34,702 nt of DNA from assembly GCA_001275005.1 (NCBI GenBank), contig JWZX01003330.1, positions 1 through 34,702 on the forward strand, read 5' to 3'. Made by a program: the position numbers and the translations under genes. Positions 29,437 through 34,702 of this stretch are shown piece by piece (position 1 is the stretch's first letter; each line of letters opens with the position of its first letter). Below the pieces are notes generated by a model. The model did not search any database, was not told where the DNA came from, and worked only from the letters and a program-made list of their open reading frames with translations. Origin of the DNA: Chrysochromulina tobinii (lineage: Eukaryota).

Positions 29437-30139
29437 GTAGCTTCCCTCTCGCCTTCCTGGCAGCCGGAGGAAGACGATGGCACACAGTGCGCATAGGCCA
29501 CTCACTCTACCTTCAGCGCAGAGACGGAAGGGAAAGTGCTCTCGAGCATGTGGGGCGTCCATTCAACGCTCGCGTCGGGCAACTCACAGTTTTACGAAAG
29601 GAGTCAAAGCAGCTCGTAATCGGAAAGTAAAATGAAAGCTGTGCGGAGTCCGGGACTGTGGCGCCACTGCGCACCGCGCACGCACCAAAGAGGCAAAGAC
29701 GTACTAGGACCACCATCGGGTTCGGGAGGTGTCGCGTCGTCGGTGTATCGCGCGCGGTCCCGGTTTCGGGGTGCGCGATCGCTATCCGGCGTATCGGCTA
29801 TCCGACGCCGATCCAGTCAACACGGACCAGAGTGAGAGTCAGGAGTGGGCCCCCGCACGACCTGATAGGTATTTCGGCCGCTTGGAAAGGCAACTAGACT
29901 TAAACTAGACAACCTCGACCGCATACGATGGCTCCGATATCATCGGTTCAGACACCCAATAGCAATACTATTCACACATGAACACGGTTGTGTCATGTGA
30001 ACAGTTCTGGGAGCCACTGGGGCGCGCGATCTCGGCGAAGATCGGCACCCTCCTTCCGCACCGCCGGTCCGGTCGCCGCGCCCGGTTTCGTCTCAGTCGA
30101 GGAGTCGAGTCGTCCCGGCCCCCGGCTTCAACGTTCGCC

Positions 30140-31601
30140 TTACCGAAAAGTAGAGAGTAGCTCGTGCAGCTCGTTGCCGTATCCGTACTTACCTCGGTCA
30201 TTAACGCCGCCCGCGAGCTTCGCTTGCAGCTGCTGTGTGACGCACGACTGCGGGATGCATCGGAAGGTGCAGGCCTCACCTGTGTTCTGGCGCTCGTTGC
30301 ACCTGTACGTGTCGGCCGTCGTTCGCGCCGGTAACGTCTCGTTGCATGCAATGGGGCCGCCGCGCGTCGTGAGATTCGTCTTCATGGCGTACTTGCGCCG
30401 CACCTGGCTCAGTCAGTGGCAGCCCATAGCAATCCGTGGCGACCGTGGCAGTCAGTGGCACACCGCGGCAATCAGTGGCAATCTTCTCTGGGCAGCTCTC
30501 TTCACAGGGCAGCTCTCTTCACAGGGCAGCTCTCTTCTCTGGGCAGCTCTCTTCACAGGGCAGCTCTCTTCACAGCACCTGGCTCGACCACAAGCGGCCG
30601 AAGTTATCAGCCGGCCAGAAATTGTTTAAAAGCTCCTCGTAGGGCTCGAACTCCCACGTGACAGCCGCGTTGCGCCCGGGGCGCGTGCGGACCTGGTGCC
30701 ACCACCCTTCGGGTATCATGAGCGCGTCACCGCCGTGCAGATGCGCCACCATGCCGCCTTCGAGCTGCGCGAACATGGGCCACTTGTCGAGGTCGACGCG
30801 CTCCGGGTGAACAGGCGAGAGGCCATATCGGTCGTGATAGTCCATGTACGTCTTGTGCGACTGCGAGGGCGGGAACATGTAGACCGACTTGGTGCCAAAG
30901 ACCTGCAGCATCAGGTTCTCGTGCGTGTCAGAGTGGAGTGAGCTCGAGGAGTTGCCCGAGCTCATCCACAGGCGCGTCTCATGCACCGACTCGTGGATCT
31001 CGGGGCACTGTAGCACCGACGGCATCTCCACGTGCTTGCCAAGCTGCACGCCCGGGTCTGTCAGCGGCGAGATCAGATACATGTTGTCCTTGTACTCCGG
31101 TTTGAGGTAGTCGCGCAGGAAAGTGCAAAAATTGACCGGCTCACCAGCGATCTCTTGCAGCAACGGGTGGCGAGTGTTGCTTACGATAACCTTGTTCATT
31201 TCCACGATCGCGTGCCATGGGCGGCCGTTGTCGAGGTGGCACCACCGTGAGAGGAACTCATTGGTCCACTCGACGCCACTAGTCGCGGCCGCGGCCGCAC
31301 CAGCGAGCACGACGGGCTCAGCCGCAGCAACATACTTTTCGTAGAAGGCACGCGGGTCCGACATCGTCACGCGGGGCACATTGGGCATCGATTTCTGCTG
31401 CGACCCCATCGGCTCAAGGTGGCCCTTGCGGCGGTGGCATTTTCGTGCCGTGAACGTCTCATCGGACGGCCGTCGCTCGCACTTGTGCACATGGCACTCG
31501 CGCAGGCTCTTGGCCGGACGGAAGGACGGAAGCACGTCTAGGTAGCGCGTCGAGGCGCCGATCACGCACGAGCACAGCAAGAAGCTCAAGAAGGTCCTCA
31601 T
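30140..31601 (-). CDS. Signal-peptide-bearing JmjC/cupin-8 2-oxoglutarate oxygenase (JMJD8-like); 2 exons
   Basis: F...YV....PVVL.G, LWMSSG, SLHSDTHEN (HxD) and IPEGWWHQV (distal His) motifs. Exons 31601-30579 and 30403-30140, with a repeat-filled GT-AG intron at 30578-30404. Confidence 0.85.
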
Positions 31602-31778
31602 TAGTGAGTAGGACGCCCTCATTCCCGCACACACCTTGCATCATCGTGTTCACGCTACGCTCGTTCGTGAGTGCTCGAGTTTCTTTAGTGAACGTCACGT
31701 TTTTCCACATCTCTCTTCCCACTCCCTCGCTCTCCATCTCTCTCGCTGCGTGTGACGCCGTGTCTCCCAATTCAATTC

Positions 31779-32306
31779 TCAATCGGCCTTCTTGGTTGCG
31801 TCCTTTGCGCCATGCTTCTTGAGGAGCCCTGCCAGCTGGCCCCACCTGCCACTTAACATATCCACCTCCACGCCGCCCTTGAAGAGCTTGAATGTCGGCA
31901 TGGCCTTGATGCCGAGCTCGCGGGCCAAGTCGCCAGCTTCGTCCGTGTTGAACTTGGCAAACGTGACGGAGTCTGGGGAGAAGGCTTCACTCATCTGCGC
32001 GTACGTTGGCGCGGCGGCCTTGCAAGGAGGGCACCAGAGCGCGTATGCATCGACCACGACCAACTTGCTGCCGCTGCTCTTCAGCAGCGCATCCCACTCG
32101 GCGACGCTGTGCACCGAGGTGATACGACCGCCATAATCGGGCCACGGCTGGCGTGCTTCCCACTTCTTGTAAATCATGAAGAGGAATCCGAATACCATAA
32201 AAGGATGCGCCTGGAACCAGCCGGCGAACCAACCATATACATATAGTAAAACTGCGCTGCATAAGAGGGAGACGCCCACGCCTGAAGCCGTAAGCTTCAT
32301 GCTCAT
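31779..32306 (-). CDS. Membrane-anchored thioredoxin (WCPPC), copy 1
   Basis: LVVVD.YA.WCPPCK and I.AMPTFKLFKGG motifs, with two N-terminal hydrophobic segments. Confidence 0.92.
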   Translation of the reverse strand: MSMKLTASGVGVSLLCSAVLLYVYGWFAGWFQAHPFMVFGFLFMIYKKWEARQPWPDYGGRITSVHSVAEWDALLKSSGSKLVVVDAYALWCPPCKAAAPTYAQMSEAFSPDSVTFAKFNTDEAGDLARELGIKAMPTFKLFKGGVEVDMLSGRWGQLAGLLKKHGAKDATKKAD

Positions 32307-32839
32307 AGTGTTCCGCCGACGACTGTCGGAACGCGTGTTGTGTGGAAGCTCGGCTTTGTGTCAAGTCTTGGGCTTTCTTGTTAACAGTGAAACGAGACAC
32401 AGAGAAGACATGCAACCAAATTTCGGACACGTCTTCATTATGAACACATTAGACACATGGACATGCAGGCGGAGAGCGACCCAATGACGCGCCGTCGCGC
32501 CCCCCCGTCGGGTCCGACGACAAGTGGTAACCACCCATTGAGCTGACCAATGGAGCTGACAACTTCTTTGGGCCTCGTCCCTCCAAATCTCATGGTGGGC
32601 TCTCGACATCGATATAAGCGTTGAGATGAGCCTCCTAGGGGGCTCTGCTAACGCTTATGGTAGGACCGTTGCTAATGCGGGAGTATGGGAGTGCGCGAAT
32701 CGCAGCGGAGCGCCAAAGGCGACCGCATACACTCTGATGGACAGGCCGCGGGGTCATCAAGTGATAGGTCCCGGCCATCATCCGTCTCCCTCTCTCTCAT
32801 TCTCTCTCGCTGCGTTTGTCGCTGAGTCTCCCAATCTCA

Positions 32840-33364
32840 TCAATCGGCCTTCTTGGTTGCGTCCTTTGCGCCGTGCTTCCTGAGGAGCCCTGCCAGTTGG
32901 GCCTCACCGGCCCAGCCTCTCATCATATCCACCTCCACGCCGCCCTTGAAGAGCTTGAATGTCGGCATGGCCGTGATGCCGAGCTGGCGGGCCAAGTCGC
33001 CAGCTTCGTCCGTGTTGAATTTGGCAAACGTGACGGAGTCTGGGGAGAAGGCTTCACTCATCTGCGCGTACGTTGGCGCGGCGGCCTTGCAAGGAGGGCA
33101 CCAGAGCGCGTATGCATCGACCACGACCAACTTGCTGCCGCTGCTCTTCAGCAGCGCATCCCACTCGGCGACGCTGTGCACCGAGGTGATACGACCGCCA
33201 TAATCGGGCCACGGCTGGCCTGCTTCCCACTTCTTGTAAATCATGAAGATGAAGAGGCATCCGAATACCATAAAATGCGCCTGGAACCAGCCGGCGAACC
33301 AACCATACAGTAAAACTGCGCTGCATAAGAGGGAGACGCCCACGCCTGAAGCCGTAAGCTTCAT
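32840..33364 (-). CDS. Membrane-anchored thioredoxin (WCPPC), copy 2 (tandem paralog)
   Basis: Near-identical to 31779-32306. The ATG at 33364 aligns with MKLTASG of copy 1. Confidence 0.92.
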   Translation of the reverse strand: MKLTASGVGVSLLCSAVLLYGWFAGWFQAHFMVFGCLFIFMIYKKWEAGQPWPDYGGRITSVHSVAEWDALLKSSGSKLVVVDAYALWCPPCKAAAPTYAQMSEAFSPDSVTFAKFNTDEAGDLARQLGITAMPTFKLFKGGVEVDMMRGWAGEAQLAGLLRKHGAKDATKKAD

Positions 33365-33530
33365 GCCCTGAATCGCTGAGTGTTCCGTTGACGTGGGGCG
33401 CGCGGCTTTGTGTAAAGTCTTGAGCATATAGGGTTCTGGTACTAGGTAGCGACGCGTCGTGTACGTGCGCGCACGTGCGCGACGCCAAACGTGCGTTCAC
33501 AGATCATAGAAAGAACGCAACGTCATTTTC

Positions 33531-34424
33531 ATGGCCTCCTCTGAAGGCGGACCCAGACGGCGAGGCCTCCGGCAGCGGGGGCAGACAGAGAGCTCTAGCA
33601 GCTCGGCCGCCGACCAGCCTGCAGAACCCTCGGATGATGACGACGCGGCCGAAGCCGATGAGCCATCCTCGCCTGAGCGACGGCCTCCATCCCGGCTGGC
33701 AGAAAGGCTTGCCCGCCGCCGGCAAGCCGCCGCCGGCAACACGGATGACATCACGGACACTCCGCGTGCGGCCCGACCGCAGGCAGATGCTCAGCCGTCG
33801 TTCCTGGCGTCGGCCATAGCAAGCGTGCGCGCGACGGTCGGCCTCGCAGGCGGTCAATACTTCTTGTCACGTGCGCTGTGTTGCACCTGCAAACACTGGC
33901 CCTGTCATGCCTCACTCACAAGTCGCCCATGGCCGTCGCTCGCAGGCTACCAGGTTGCATCGAGCATGCCGCTCCAGATGATGATCTTCTTTACCGGGCC
34001 GTACGCCTGCGTATGGGCCGTTTCCAACCAGCTGCTCTTCTACTGGAAGTCGCGTATCTTTGAGGTGCCCCTGATGGTTGCAGTCGTCTCGCCGATGATC
34101 TTCTGGGTCTGGCTGCTGCTCGAACCGGTGAGGCTGCTGCTCGGGTACGTGGGCAACGTGCGCGAGCGCGTCGCGTGGCTCGGCGGCTTCTGGGTGCTCA
34201 CCATCCTGCAGCTCATATGCCAGGTCTATTTCCTCTTGGGCCAGCGGTGGCTTTGGTTTAATCTCCCTGTCGAGAACGCAACGTCGGCCTTCTTCGTGCT
34301 GTTCAATCTGCTCCAGCTCGTCATCGGATATTCGACCATCAAGCGCCTCATCGCCAAGGCGATGGCCGACTTCCATCTCGAGCCCATCGCACCGGAGGAG
34401 GAGGCCCTTGATGGGCAATTGTAA
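33531..34424 (+). CDS. TMEM17/TMEM216 family ciliary transition-zone membrane protein
   Basis: SSMPLQM..FF, EPVRL.LGY.GN..ERVAWL.GFW.LT..Q and LPVE motifs with four TM segments. Probable in-frame intron at ~33853-33945 (or a GC donor at 33850). Confidence 0.85.
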   Translation: MASSEGGPRRRGLRQRGQTESSSSSAADQPAEPSDDDDAAEADEPSSPERRPPSRLAERLARRRQAAAGNTDDITDTPRAARPQADAQPSFLASAIASVRATVGLAGGQYFLSRALCCTCKHWPCHASLTSRPWPSLAGYQVASSMPLQMMIFFTGPYACVWAVSNQLLFYWKSRIFEVPLMVAVVSPMIFWVWLLLEPVRLLLGYVGNVRERVAWLGGFWVLTILQLICQVYFLLGQRWLWFNLPVENATSAFFVLFNLLQLVIGYSTIKRLIAKAMADFHLEPIAPEEEALDGQL

Positions 34425-34702
34425 CCGCCATCGCCCCGGAGGAGGAGGCGCTTGATGGGCAATGACTAACCGGCTCCGTTCAGCCCACAGCTCGACAGCT
34501 GCGGCGCTCATTGAGCGTCGTATTTCAGAGTGCGTGCGCTTCGGCGCAACGTTGTGCCCCGGTCGCCGGTGTGATTTAATGTGATCGTTGGTCTTGCTTT
34601 TAGGAGTCCTTACGTGAGACATCCCGAGTGAGAGGGTCCCGCCCTGTACCCTCTAGACCCCTTTTCTGGACCCTCGGGACCCCTGGACCCCTGGACCCCT
34701 CT

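Noticed and set aside
34654..34702. Telomere-like repeat at the window end
   Set aside because: The unit is (GGACCCCT)-like, not TTAGGG/CCCTAA, and is short and truncated by the window edge.

Overview
GC-rich, gene-dense eukaryotic nuclear DNA, not prokaryotic. It has GT-AG spliceosomal introns, HP1-, RRP7-, EMC8- and TMEM17-like genes, and nuclear-encoded plastid proteins with bipartite signal/transit leaders (GUN4, EF-Ts, an SLP phosphatase). This points to a flagellated alga with a complex red-type plastid, most plausibly a haptophyte (Chrysochromulina-like is an inference from the repeat-filled intron style). About 19 protein genes can be supported. Most are single-exon and many sit in tight head-to-head pairs; exceptions are a 9-exon importin-beta/transportin-3-like gene and a 4-exon class I/II aminotransferase whose exons I assembled by hand. 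The most unusual items are: (1) a 1289-aa receptor-like protein (7-blade beta-propeller, Pro stalk, TM helix, uncharacterised domain, cytosolic trypsin-like protease); (2) an ARID-chromo-chromoshadow HP1-like fusion; (3) introns in unrelated genes that share a ~20-nt 3' module (CTGATTGCCTCCCTCATCAG) and carry copies of their own flanking exon junctions; (4) a ~19-bp-period array of 17 short palindromes with non-repeating spacers; (5) a 59-aa membrane microprotein missed by the ORF track; (6) a 4xSAM-like/polyproline protein. All family calls come from motif recognition, not database searches.
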